Origin: Polyangiaceae bacterium
Lineage (GTDB): Bacteria; Myxococcota_A; Polyangia; Polyangiales; Polyangiaceae
Assembly (NCBI GenBank): GCA_050287085.1
Contig: JBNKBE010000005.1
Location: 192,001 to 256,000 of the forward strand
Direction: 5' to 3'
Length of the DNA stretch: 64,000 nt
A program made the translations under genes and the position numbers. Each line of letters opens with the position of its first letter. Position 1 is the first letter of the stretch. A model generated the notes under the pieces. The model was not told the DNA's origin, made no database searches, and saw only the letters and a list, made by a program, of their open reading frames with translations. This document shows, in pieces, positions 19,707 to 29,413 of this stretch.

Positions 19707-20698
19707 CCGACACGCTCGTACTTCTCACCGGGGGCTCCGGATTTCTCGGCTCCCACATTGCCGAAGCCCTCGACCAGCAGCGGATCAAGACACGCGCCTT
19801 CGTTCGCCCCAGCAGCGACGTACGCCACCTCGCAACCCTGCGCAATGTCGAGCTGGCATATGGTTCGTTCGAGGACCCCGAAACACTGCGTTCCGCACTC
19901 AAAGGGGTAACCCACGTCCTGCACTGCGCGGGCGTCGTCAAAGCTCGTTCCCGCGAGGACTTCTTTCGCGTCAATGCCGGGGGCACCGAAGCGTTGGTAA
20001 ATGCCGCATTGACGGCGGAGCATCCGATCACTCGATTCGTTCTGGTGTCGAGCCTGACAGTCGCGGGTCCGTCGAAGGACGGTAGCCCGGTTTCAATGGA
20101 CGCGAGACCAAACCCGGTGACCGACTACGGTCGTAGCAAGCTCGCAGCCGAACAGGCGCTGCTTGCTCACAGGGAGCACCTCCCCTCTACGGTGCTACGC
20201 CCGGGTGCTATCTACGGGCCACGGGACACCGAGATTTTGGCGTTCTTCAAAGCGGTTAAGCTCGGGGTATTGCCCCTCACCGGCTCTCCCACCCAGGGAG
20301 TCAGCCTGATCTACGGCCCTGACTGCGCCGCGGCCTGCGTCAAGGCGCTATTTGCCGAGGTTCCCACCGGCAGTGTTTACTGCGTGGAAGATGGCGAGAC
20401 GCTTCCGCTTTCCGAATTGGTCAAGGGTATTGAGGCGGCCATGCACAAGCGAGTGCTGCTGCGCGTACCAATCCCCCGCTCGGTGCTCTATGGTGCCGCG
20501 CTCGGTTCGGAACTCGGCGGGAGGCTTCTCGGGCGCGCCATGATGCTGACGCGCGACAAGTGCAACGAGCTATTGGCTCCTCACTGGGTATGTGATGCGA
20601 GCAAGACGCGCCGCGCGCTGGACTGGGCGCCAAGCGTAGACTTCAAGACGGGGGCGCGGCTAACAGCCGAATGGTATCGCCGCCACCGCTGGCTCTAG
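19703..20698 (+). CDS. Extended SDR NAD-dependent epimerase/dehydratase, putative ceramide/3-keto reductase
   Basis: TGGSGFLG, YGRSK, RPGAIYGP; ATGA overlap with GNAT gene. Confidence 0.8.
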   Translation: MTDTLVLLTGGSGFLGSHIAEALDQQRIKTRAFVRPSSDVRHLATLRNVELAYGSFEDPETLRSALKGVTHVLHCAGVVKARSREDFFRVNAGGTEALVNAALTAEHPITRFVLVSSLTVAGPSKDGSPVSMDARPNPVTDYGRSKLAAEQALLAHREHLPSTVLRPGAIYGPRDTEILAFFKAVKLGVLPLTGSPTQGVSLIYGPDCAAACVKALFAEVPTGSVYCVEDGETLPLSELVKGIEAAMHKRVLLRVPIPRSVLYGAALGSELGGRLLGRAMMLTRDKCNELLAPHWVCDASKTRRALDWAPSVDFKTGARLTAEWYRRHRWL

Positions 20699-20701
20699 CT
20701 T

Positions 20702-21259
20702 TCAGCGCCCCAAACGGAAGAACTCAGCCCCCGCCACCTCCAAGGAGGTCGGACGATTCTTGGGGGTCAAGGCCAACGCATCAACCGCTTCGGTGTCAAC
20801 GTAGAGGCCTGGACCCCATGCCGAGTCTTCGTCGGGGGCTCCGTGGGTCGCCGCGTCCAGGTAGAGCGCGCGGCGTAAGGGCTCGCTTGGCAGCGACACG
20901 TGACGCACTTCGACATCCGCTATCGCCTGCACGCTAGGCGCTTCTCCAAGCACCCACCGGCCGCCATGGGTCAGGGCACACGCCGTACGAAAGTCGCTTT
21001 CGGCGAGCTCGACGCGAAGCGCCTTGGCCCACGCGATGGGGCTCTGACAATGCTCCCCTTCCGACCATTCAACGTAGACACCGTGCCCCAGTCGCATGAC
21101 GACAGGTGACGTCGCCAATGGCTCGCGGGAGAGTCGCTCCAAGACCAGTCGCTCAAATAAGGTGAAGCGTTCGACAAAGGCTTGGTCGACACCGGCGTAT
21201 TCATCATCTTCGATGTCGAAATAGGCGATCCAAAGCCCAAATGCGTTCTCGTCGTGCAC
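20702..21259 (-). CDS. Hypothetical protein, possibly degenerate class III nucleotidyl-cyclase fold
   Basis: IAYFDI, RLGHGVYV, ALTHG, PGLYVDTEAV in cyclase-like order; weak resemblance only. Confidence 0.55.
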   Translation of the reverse strand: MHDENAFGLWIAYFDIEDDEYAGVDQAFVERFTLFERLVLERLSREPLATSPVVMRLGHGVYVEWSEGEHCQSPIAWAKALRVELAESDFRTACALTHGGRWVLGEAPSVQAIADVEVRHVSLPSEPLRRALYLDAATHGAPDEDSAWGPGLYVDTEAVDALALTPKNRPTSLEVAGAEFFRLGR

Positions 21260-21428
21260 GACGGGTTGGCATAGCCAAGCGCAGCAGCCCTGACAACCGC
21301 GTCCCGCATACGAAGCGCCAAGACATCCCGTCCCGCACCGCTAGGACGAAAGGCGCCGAGGTATTTCCTGGCAAGCAGGCACGTTCAGTGGTGCGGAAGC
21401 GCGAACTGGGCTAGCCTCCACCCCCAGC

Positions 21429-23159
21429 ATGACTGAGCCCCAAGCCACGCCAAGTACGGTGCTCGCGGCCTACCTGGAACGCTTCATCGACGGCCGCCGG
21501 GTCATCGTATTCGGCAACTGTAAGGGCGAGCTCGCGTCTCGACTGTTGGAACGGGGCGCGCGCCTGGTCCACGTCTACGACACCGACGTCGGCCGAGTCG
21601 CCGAGGCCACCGCTCGTGGGGCGTCCCAAGACGTCACCTTTGCCCCCCTTGGCGAACAGGGGGTTGCCGTTCGCGACGGGGCCTTCGACCTGGGCATCAT
21701 CGAGAATATGGCAGCCCACGCCAATCCAGGCGACCTGGTGCGGCGTATGCGTCGCGCACTCGCCGCCCGTGGGGCTCTTGTCGTGGCCAGCCCAAACCCC
21801 GAAGCGGAAGCACCGCTCGTTTCGCCCCCAGCGCAGAATACTGAAGGGCCAAGCTACTACGAGCTCTACGATCTGGTCGGGGCAGAGTTCGACGAAGTGG
21901 CCATGGTGGGGCAAACACCCTTTCTTGGCTACGCGCTAGCCAACTTTCAGAAGCAAGACAGCAACGAATTCTCCATCGACACCGGCTTCGTCCCTGGGGG
22001 TGCCGAGGAATGCGACTGGTTCTTGGCGGTGGGCAGCCACTTTCCTCTCGAACTCGACGCCTTTTCGGTCATTCAGATGGAGGTGCGCGCGCTTCTGCCA
22101 AGGAATCCGGCTCAAGGCGGGTCTCAGTCGGAAATCGCCCGACTCCAAAAGAAGCTGGAATTTGCCGATCAACGGCTGCTCGCAGCCGAAGAAGAACTCA
22201 ACGCAACCCGCGACTCACAAGCCCATACGAGCGCGTCCACACAGACAAGCACGGTCCGGGAGCAAGCGCTGCGGGTGGAGCTCGAAGCGCTGCGGGCAGA
22301 GATTGAGACGCGCAAAGACGAGCTCGCACGCGCCCAGGCCGCACTCGAGGAGCAACGCCTCGAAGTGCAGAAGGTATACGCCAAGGGTCAGCCTCTGCAG
22401 GTCGAACTCGATCGAGTTCAGGCAGAACTCGCAGAACGCACCAGCTGGATCACCGAACTCGAAGAACGGGCGGCAACCGCAGATGCTAGGGCCGACCAGG
22501 CCGAAGAGGCGCTGGACGAGCTACGGAATGCCCACTTGCTTGGTGCCGACGCGAGCCCAGCGGACGGCTCCTGCCAGCAGCCCGATGCCTCGGCGGGGGA
22601 TAAGCTCCAGCAAGCCGCGAGCGACAATGAAAGCCTGACGGGGGAACTTGCCGCCCGCAGCGAGGAGCTAGAAAGACTGCGTGCCGAACTGGCTGCGCGC
22701 GACGCAGAGCTCCTACCACTGCGTCGGCAGCTAGAGCAGCAGCAGCGCAAGTTCGAGGAGGAGCGCGCCGAGTTCGAACAGCAGCGCAGTGAGCTCGAAG
22801 AGCAGCGCAGCGCTTTCGAACAGCAGCGCAGTGAGCTCGAACACTTGCGCGATGAGCTCGCAAGCGCCCGCAACAGCATGCAAGACGTCAGCCGCGATGC
22901 AGCGAGCCTCGAAGCCACCCTGCGTCAGCAAGCACAACGAGTACGAACGCTTGAGAGTGAGCTTCAAACCACCGAGCGCTTCGCGCAGGAGCTCCTGGCT
23001 CGGACGGCCGAACCCGAGAGCGCCGGCGAGATGCCTGAACTCCCCGAGCTGCAAGAACAGCTGAACTCGCTCGCAGCCCGCGACGCCCAGCGCGTGGCAG
23101 ACCTACAGGCCGCGGAGTGGACCATCGATGAGCTGCAACGGCAGCTCGGCTCGCCGTGA
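21429..23159 (+). CDS. Class I SAM-methyltransferase-like N-domain fused to a long coiled coil
   Basis: RVIVFG...GAFDLGI...GALVVASPNP then ~330 aa E/Q/L/A-rich heptads. Confidence 0.7.
   Translation: MTEPQATPSTVLAAYLERFIDGRRVIVFGNCKGELASRLLERGARLVHVYDTDVGRVAEATARGASQDVTFAPLGEQGVAVRDGAFDLGIIENMAAHANPGDLVRRMRRALAARGALVVASPNPEAEAPLVSPPAQNTEGPSYYELYDLVGAEFDEVAMVGQTPFLGYALANFQKQDSNEFSIDTGFVPGGAEECDWFLAVGSHFPLELDAFSVIQMEVRALLPRNPAQGGSQSEIARLQKKLEFADQRLLAAEEELNATRDSQAHTSASTQTSTVREQALRVELEALRAEIETRKDELARAQAALEEQRLEVQKVYAKGQPLQVELDRVQAELAERTSWITELEERAATADARADQAEEALDELRNAHLLGADASPADGSCQQPDASAGDKLQQAASDNESLTGELAARSEELERLRAELAARDAELLPLRRQLEQQQRKFEEERAEFEQQRSELEEQRSAFEQQRSELEHLRDELASARNSMQDVSRDAASLEATLRQQAQRVRTLESELQTTERFAQELLARTAEPESAGEMPELPELQEQLNSLAARDAQRVADLQAAEWTIDELQRQLGSP
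22770..22841 (+). repeat. 21-nt coding tandem repeat (heptad, e.g. FEQQRSE) in the coiled coil
   Basis: About 3.5 imperfect copies of ttcgaacagcagcgcagtgag. Confidence 0.75.
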
Positions 23160-23278
23160 CACTATCGCCTCCAAGGCAGTGAGCGGGCTTCGTTTCACAA
23201 CGAGTCGCTCTAGCAGCGCGGCCAGCAGCTCGGGCCCGCCGGTTGGAAACCCCTTTCACTCACAACCCGGCGCGGCCG

Positions 23279-23306
23279 TTGACATTGTGCGCACAGGCCT
23301 TAGGTT
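23279..23306 (+). promoter_or_regulatory. Sigma70-like promoter upstream of dnaJ
   Basis: TTGACA-N16-TAGGTT. Confidence 0.5.
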
Positions 23307-23335
23307 GCGGCGGGTTTTTTCCCAGCGGACGGAAA

Positions 23336-24406
23336 ATGAGCGAAAAGCGCGATTATTACGAGGTCATCGGAGTCTCCCGCGACGCGGGGGAGGACGAGAT
23401 TCGGCGAGCCTATCGGAAGCTAGCGCTCAAGTACCATCCCGACCGGAATCAGGGAGACGCCGAGGCCGAATCCAAATTCAAAGAGGCCACCGAAGCGTTC
23501 TCGGTGCTGTCTGATAGCGAGAAGCGAGCCGCCTACGATCGCTTTGGTCATGCCGGCCTCAATGGCGGCGCCGGCTTCGACTTCTCCGGTGCTGGCATGG
23601 GAGACATCTTCAGCCAGTTCCAGGACATGTTCTCGGACTTCTTTGGAGGCGGCCCCACCGGGGGTCAGCGCCGCCGCGGCGATCGCGGACGGGACGTTCG
23701 AGTCGAAGAAACCATCACTCTGGCGGAAGCCATGACGGGTTTGAAGCGTGAGGTGCAAATCCGCGGTGAAGCAGCCTGTGAGACGTGCAAAGGCAGTGGG
23801 GCAGCCACGCCGAACGCAAAGCAAGCTTGTGTGCAATGTGGCGGCAGCGGTCAGGTGCGCACTCAGCGTGGTTTCATCATGTTCAGCACGCACTGCCCCC
23901 GCTGCCACGGACAAGGACAGATTATCACTGATCCTTGCAAGACCTGTGACGGCCGCGGGGTGACGCTTCGCACTCGCAACGTCGCAGTCAGCTTTCCCGC
24001 CGGCATCGACGGCGGCCAGCGACTAAGAGTCCCGGGACAAGGCATGCCAGGTCCGGGTGGCGCCCCCGCGGGTGATCTCTACGTCGACGTTGAACTGGCG
24101 GAAGATCCGCGATTCGAACGCGATGGCAATGATCTGGTGACCCGTCACACGCTTTCTTTTGCCGATGCGGCCCTCGGCACCGAGTGCCGCATCGAATTGC
24201 CCAACGAGGAAGTCGTGGTGTTCGACGTTCCCGAGGGAACGCAACCTGGCACCGTACTGACGGTTCGTGACAAGGGCATGCCCGCCCTGCAGGGGCGTGG
24301 ACCTCGAGGGAGTCTACACGTCGTGACCAACGTGCAGGTCCCGCGCAAACTGAGCAAGAAAGCCAAGAAGCTGCTGGACGAGCTGGACAAGGAGCTGCAG
24401 CACTGA
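23336..24406 (+). CDS. dnaJ: Chaperone DnaJ
   Basis: J domain with HPD, G/F region, four CxxCxGxG repeats. Confidence 0.97.
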   Translation: MSEKRDYYEVIGVSRDAGEDEIRRAYRKLALKYHPDRNQGDAEAESKFKEATEAFSVLSDSEKRAAYDRFGHAGLNGGAGFDFSGAGMGDIFSQFQDMFSDFFGGGPTGGQRRRGDRGRDVRVEETITLAEAMTGLKREVQIRGEAACETCKGSGAATPNAKQACVQCGGSGQVRTQRGFIMFSTHCPRCHGQGQIITDPCKTCDGRGVTLRTRNVAVSFPAGIDGGQRLRVPGQGMPGPGGAPAGDLYVDVELAEDPRFERDGNDLVTRHTLSFADAALGTECRIELPNEEVVVFDVPEGTQPGTVLTVRDKGMPALQGRGPRGSLHVVTNVQVPRKLSKKAKKLLDELDKELQH

Positions 24407-24461
24407 GCGCTCAAGCGGTCGGTCGAGAGTGCAAGAGCTACGCGCTCCCCAGACGGCGGCA

Positions 24462-25766
24462 TCAGGAGGCGACTTGCCGCAGACGACTCAGAGTCTCCCC
24501 CAAGGTCGAGCGCTCTTCCAAGCGCTGTCCAAGAAAGGCTTCAATGTCACTCAGGTGTGTCAGAGCCCGATCGACCAAAGGATCGGCGCCGCGCTTGTAC
24601 GCTCCTAGTTGGATCAGTTCGCGCTGAGTCTCGTAGGCTAGCAACACGCGACGGAAGTCCAGGGCCAGGGCATTGTGTTCTCGATCGACGCACTGGTTCA
24701 TCACTCGCGACAACGAGGCGCCAACATCGACCGCGGGGTACCGCCCCCGGGCTGCAAGTTCTCGACTGAGCACGATATGACCGTCGACCGTGCCCCGCAC
24801 CTCGTCGGCGATCGGCTCCTCCATATCTGAGCCCTCCACCAGGACCGTGTACACAGCCGTGATCGACCCCTTGTCGCTTTGCCCCGCGCGCTCGAGCAAA
24901 CGCGGCAACGCCGAAAACACGCTGGGAGGATAGCCACGTCGGGTAGGCGGCTCCCCAGCGGCTAGCCCTACCTCGCGCAACGCCCGGGCGTAGCGCGTCA
25001 CCGAGTCGACCAACAACAGGACTCGCAGTCCTTGATCGCGGAAGTGTTCAGCTATCGCGGTAGCGGTTTGAGCCGCGCGCAGGCGCTCCATGGCGGGCGC
25101 ATCGCTAGTGGCAACGACAACGACGGAACGCGCTAGGGCATCCCCCAGCGTTTCGTGGAGAAACTCCCCAACCTCCCTACCGCGTTCACCCACAAGCCCC
25201 ACCACGATCACGTCCGCAGCTGTCCCACGTGTGATCGCTCCCAACAAGGTGCTCTTCCCCACACCGGATCCCGCGAACAGGCCGATGCGTTGTCCAGCTC
25301 CGAACGTGAGCAACGCGTCGATCACTCGAACCCCCGTAACCAACACCTCGCTCACGGGCTTGCGGGACAACGCTGGGGGCGCCGAAGCCTCCACCTCTAC
25401 CGAGCTCAATTCCCCCTGCAAGGGTCCCCCCTCGAGCGGACGACCAAGTCCATCCACAACTCGCCCAAGAAGCCCCGCGCCCACCGGTACGGTCAGGCGG
25501 CCCCCCAGAGCCTGCACCGGATCGTCGGGTCCGACGCCAACCAGCTCCCCCAAGGGAAAGGCGAGCACTGCCCCTGGTTCGAACCCGACCACCTCGGCTA
25601 GCAACGGGTGGCCCGTGCGTTCAATGCGCACCAGATCACCCACGCGAGCCGCTGGCAGCTGGAGTCGCAGCGCCGTTCCCGTCACCGCCAGAACCCGACC
25701 CGACGGTTTGACCGTCCGAGTCTGCGACAGCGAGCGACGAAGGGCCGCGGGATCGAAGTCGGGCAC
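24462..25766 (-). CDS. FliI/SctN(YscN) family export ATPase
   Basis: GQRIGLFAGSGVGKS, GERGREV, DSVTRYARALRE, GEPPTRRGYPPSV, DGHIVLSRELA; GTG start inferred. Confidence 0.92.
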   Translation of the reverse strand: MPDFDPAALRRSLSQTRTVKPSGRVLAVTGTALRLQLPAARVGDLVRIERTGHPLLAEVVGFEPGAVLAFPLGELVGVGPDDPVQALGGRLTVPVGAGLLGRVVDGLGRPLEGGPLQGELSSVEVEASAPPALSRKPVSEVLVTGVRVIDALLTFGAGQRIGLFAGSGVGKSTLLGAITRGTAADVIVVGLVGERGREVGEFLHETLGDALARSVVVVATSDAPAMERLRAAQTATAIAEHFRDQGLRVLLLVDSVTRYARALREVGLAAGEPPTRRGYPPSVFSALPRLLERAGQSDKGSITAVYTVLVEGSDMEEPIADEVRGTVDGHIVLSRELAARGRYPAVDVGASLSRVMNQCVDREHNALALDFRRVLLAYETQRELIQLGAYKRGADPLVDRALTHLSDIEAFLGQRLEERSTLGETLSRLRQVAS

Positions 25767-25864
25767 GCGAGGAGCTTCGGCGAAAACCAGGCTCGGGACA
25801 AGGAATGTCCGACCTGATCGCATGGCGCGGGACTGTACGAGCGCACAGTGGTAGGACGATCAGC

Positions 25865-26806
25865 ATGACGGATGGCCTGAGCGAAGCGCTCAACACCCCG
25901 AGCGCCCTGGTGGATCTCGGACTGGGGGGTGACGGGAGCATGATACAACCCCACGCCATGGGACGACGCGGAGCCACGAGAGGGCGCGAAGGAGCGGAAT
26001 CCCCCAAGCGTCGCGCGGCCTTGTCCGCGTCGGACGCAGGCGCAACGCCAGAGGCCGTAGCCCCCAGCGCAGGTGATAGCCACAGCGAATACCACCTATC
26101 GCTCGGTGACGCCGTTACCTGGCTTGAAGGTTTGGACTCGTCAAGCGTCGACCTCATCGTCACCGATCCCCCCTACGAGTCCTTGGAGAAGCACCGGGCC
26201 GTCGGAACCACAACCCGCCTGAAACACAGCAAGGCGTCGAGCAACGACTGGTTTCGGATCTTCCCCAACGAGCGCTTTCCCGAACTATTTGCGCAGCTCT
26301 ACCGAGTATTGCGTCCGCATCGACACTTCTATCTATTCTGCGACGCGGAGACCATGTTCGTCGCCAAGCCGGCGGCGGAAGCCGCTGGGTTCAAGTTCTG
26401 GAAACCACTAGTGTGGGACAAGCGGAAGATCGGGATGGGTTATCACTATCGAGCCCGCTACGAGTTCATTCTCTTTTTCGAGAAGGGAAAACGCAAGCTC
26501 AGCGATCTAGGCATTGCCGACATTCTAGAGTGTCCTCGCATCTTCAAGGGCTACCCCACCGAAAAGCCGGCACACCTCAGTCGGCTGTTGATCGAGCAAA
26601 GTACCGACCCAGGGGAACTAGTGGTCGATCCATTCATGGGCTCCGGCTCAGTCGGAGTCGCCGCGCTCGAGTCTCGGCGCAGCTTCCTGGGCAACGATAT
26701 TTCCTCGCAAGCGCTCGAACACACACAAACGCGCCTCGCGGCGTTAGGCCAAAACCAGCCATCGTTACTGCAGACACGTCTAAACAGACAATCACGCCTG
26801 CTATGA
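25865..26806 (+). CDS. Site-specific DNA methyltransferase, N4/N6 beta class (start uncertain)
   Basis: Catalytic TDPPY precedes YPTEKP and SAM motif DPFMGSGS. Confidence 0.9.
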   Translation: MTDGLSEALNTPSALVDLGLGGDGSMIQPHAMGRRGATRGREGAESPKRRAALSASDAGATPEAVAPSAGDSHSEYHLSLGDAVTWLEGLDSSSVDLIVTDPPYESLEKHRAVGTTTRLKHSKASSNDWFRIFPNERFPELFAQLYRVLRPHRHFYLFCDAETMFVAKPAAEAAGFKFWKPLVWDKRKIGMGYHYRARYEFILFFEKGKRKLSDLGIADILECPRIFKGYPTEKPAHLSRLLIEQSTDPGELVVDPFMGSGSVGVAALESRRSFLGNDISSQALEHTQTRLAALGQNQPSLLQTRLNRQSRLL

Positions 26807-26816
26807 AACAATCTCC

Positions 26817-27413
26817 ATGACCGGCAACGAGTATCGCAAGCTCATTGGCCGCTACCTCGTGAAGAACTACGCCGCACGCGGCCTAGAGATCTATGAAGAG
26901 GTGCACCTTGGCACTTCGATCATAGGCAAGCAGCGCCGCGTAGACTTATTTGTCGTGGGCCGCAGCGGCACCGTGCTGGCGGTCGAATGCAAATACCAAG
27001 ACTCCGCGGGGACCGTGGACGAGAAGATCCCCTACGCGCTAACAGACATGCGGGCTCAGCGCGTACCCGGCGCACTGGTCTACGCCGGACGGGGCTTTTC
27101 ACCTGGGGTCCTCCATTTACTGCAGGGGTCGGAAGAGGCAGCCTATTGCTTGCCCGACGCCGACACCCTTGAAACAGTTGCCCGAAAGAACGGTCCCTTG
27201 GACGCAGGAACCTGGCAGTTGGACCACCTGCTCGCCCAAACGTTCGGCTTCTGGGATATCGTGGTGGGCAACCGCAAGCCCCTCACCTTGGAAGCCCCCA
27301 CGCGCAAGTCGTCCTCCGACGCAGAGCAAAGCAAGGCGCCGGACGGGCATCAAGCGGATGCGCTAGGGAACGATTCAGCCGAAGCCGATAAGTCCCAACA
27401 AGGAGAACAATGA
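26817..27413 (+). CDS. PD-(D/E)XK nuclease superfamily protein
   Basis: RVDLFV...AVECKYQDSAGTVDEKIPY; 10 bp after the MTase. Confidence 0.8.
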   Translation: MTGNEYRKLIGRYLVKNYAARGLEIYEEVHLGTSIIGKQRRVDLFVVGRSGTVLAVECKYQDSAGTVDEKIPYALTDMRAQRVPGALVYAGRGFSPGVLHLLQGSEEAAYCLPDADTLETVARKNGPLDAGTWQLDHLLAQTFGFWDIVVGNRKPLTLEAPTRKSSSDAEQSKAPDGHQADALGNDSAEADKSQQGEQ

Positions 27414-27605
27414 GAACCCGCCAAGGCCGATCGCGCTCACTCCAAAAACCATCACGGCCGTAACATCCAGGCCTTCATTGGGCTCTATCCTCGCTCGTTT
27501 CGACGGCTGGCATCTTTCCGTTGGCTGGACCTGAACTACGCCACCGCGACCTAGGATGAACGAGATGCCATGGAGTGTGGCACTGGATTGCAGCTTGTTG
27601 GTCAT
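27375..27605 (-). CDS. Small hypothetical protein with C-terminal hydrophobic segment
   Basis: 76-aa ORF only; overlaps 3' end of the nuclease gene. Confidence 0.3.
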   Translation of the reverse strand: MTNKLQSSATLHGISFILGRGGVVQVQPTERCQPSKRARIEPNEGLDVTAVMVFGVSAIGLGGFSLFSLLGLIGFG

Positions 27606-28085
27606 GAGTTAACTCCCGACGCGCGCGCATGTGCCCGGCGCCCTAGGTTGAGCCTGGCCGTTGTGTGCGTGCCGTGGGCTCCACACCTACAGCTCACACC
27701 TCTTCATACCTAGGAGACGACTTCGTCGCTGTCAAAGGCGATCGTTAAAATGGTGCGTGGTGGCTCGCTATGAAACGAAGGCAGTCGCGGGACCCAAGAG
27801 CCCCTCCTGCCCCATGCGGATCGTTTCACAGCTTTTGCCGCTGCCGGCGTGTTGCCTTACATCAGCAAAACTAGCGATTTAGGGCCTGCTGATGAGAAGG
27901 TCAGTTGCGAGCCGGGTGAGACCGCGGCGAGCTGGACGCGGGGGGAGGTCGACGACAAAGGGCCGCACGCGTTGGATAGCATTCTCATGCTGCGCTTCTG
28001 TGCACCCATTCCGAGAGCCCGGGGGTTCGTCGTCCCGGCGTGCGCCGCGCTCTGGAGCACTCCAGCGCAGGACTCGGCGCACAGC

Positions 28086-29324
28086 TCACGCGGGTGACTG
28101 GGGCCGGAGCTCACGGATCGCCTCGTCCGCCCACTGCACAGCGTCGAGCCACGCCTCGGTGAGCGCGGTCCGCTCCCGCTCGGGTAGCTCGTGCGCTTCG
28201 TGCTCTCGGCGCATGACGCTTTCCAATAGCTCGCCACACGGGCCGGTGAAGTCCAGAATCGCACCTCGAACCTCCTCTGCCAGCGGAAGTTCGGCGAGCA
28301 GCTCCGCCATAGGAGCTCCAAGCAGCGCATCGAGCACGCTCAACAATCCAACCATGAACGACTGCGCAGCATCGGCCTGATAGCGCTTCGCCAGCAGCTC
28401 GCACATTCGCGCGCGGACCAACGCCGTGGTCACGAGCTCTGGAGGTCGATCGCAGCGCTCAGCCAACACCACCAGAACAGTCCACTTGGTGAACTCACGC
28501 AGGCCCAGCAAGGACACCGCCTGCTGAACGCTGGTCACCTCTTGGCGAAAGCCGTACGCGCTCGAATTGAGAAAGCGCAAGACGGCCACACTCAGCCCCG
28601 CATCCCGACGCACCAGGCGATCTATCTCGACAAACTCGACATTCGGATCTCTGAGCTTTGCTAGCAACTGGGTGACGACGGAAAAGCTGCTGGGGAGTTC
28701 ACGTCGCTCCAACACTTGAGGCTTGAACAAGAAATCGCCCTGGAAGAAGCGGTAGTCCATCCCCTCCGCGACTCGAACTTGAGTGGAATTGGTCAGGCCG
28801 GTGGCTACCAGCTTGACGGGAAATTCCTGAAGCAAACGCTGATGCTCTCGCAGACCCGAAACACCAACCCGCCGCACGTCAACCTTGACGTAGTCGGCAA
28901 CGTGAAGCAGCGCAATGACATCGTCAGAATAGGTGAAGTCGTCGAGAGCGATCGAAAAGCCCTCATCCTTGCGCTGAGAAAGCGACCTCGCCAGGGACGT
29001 GATGGGGTAGTCGTAGTCCCGGACCTGAAGCGTGACTCGCTGCGCCGGAATGGGCAGCGGGACGTTGCCGGCGAGGATCCCGGAACTCGCATCCAGGAAA
29101 GCGCTGTGATGGCCCACGACGCGCCGCAGTCCGAACTCAGCAAAAGCGCTCAAGATGACCGCGCTCGCTGCGTCGTCCGAAGTGGGCTGCTCAGAGTCCG
29201 GCAGGGCGTAGCTGATTTCGTAGGCGTGCACATTCAGCCGTACGTCGTACACTGCCTGCCGCGAGACCGCCGAACGAACAAGGTGAGTACTAGGCGGGGG
29301 TAGTGGCGTAGCAAGAGCAACCAT
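28086..29324 (-). CDS. EAL-HDOD domain protein (YuxH-like), degenerate EAL
   Basis: SRQAVY...AYEI, IALDDF, FFQG; HDOD LRFLNSSAYG, RARMCELLA, FMVGLLSVLDALLG. Confidence 0.88.
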   Translation of the reverse strand: MVALATPLPPPSTHLVRSAVSRQAVYDVRLNVHAYEISYALPDSEQPTSDDAASAVILSAFAEFGLRRVVGHHSAFLDASSGILAGNVPLPIPAQRVTLQVRDYDYPITSLARSLSQRKDEGFSIALDDFTYSDDVIALLHVADYVKVDVRRVGVSGLREHQRLLQEFPVKLVATGLTNSTQVRVAEGMDYRFFQGDFLFKPQVLERRELPSSFSVVTQLLAKLRDPNVEFVEIDRLVRRDAGLSVAVLRFLNSSAYGFRQEVTSVQQAVSLLGLREFTKWTVLVVLAERCDRPPELVTTALVRARMCELLAKRYQADAAQSFMVGLLSVLDALLGAPMAELLAELPLAEEVRGAILDFTGPCGELLESVMRREHEAHELPERERTALTEAWLDAVQWADEAIRELRPQSPA

Positions 29325-29413
29325 CTCCCAGTGGCGAACGGCAACCGGGCGGATCCATTAATCCCCGCGCGTTCAGTCGCCGGACGTTCATGAGACTCAG
29401 GCGGGGCGCACGC

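Noticed and set aside
24405..24436. CIRCE-like sequence near dnaJ
   Set aside because: Downstream of the gene, wrong spacing and poor left arm
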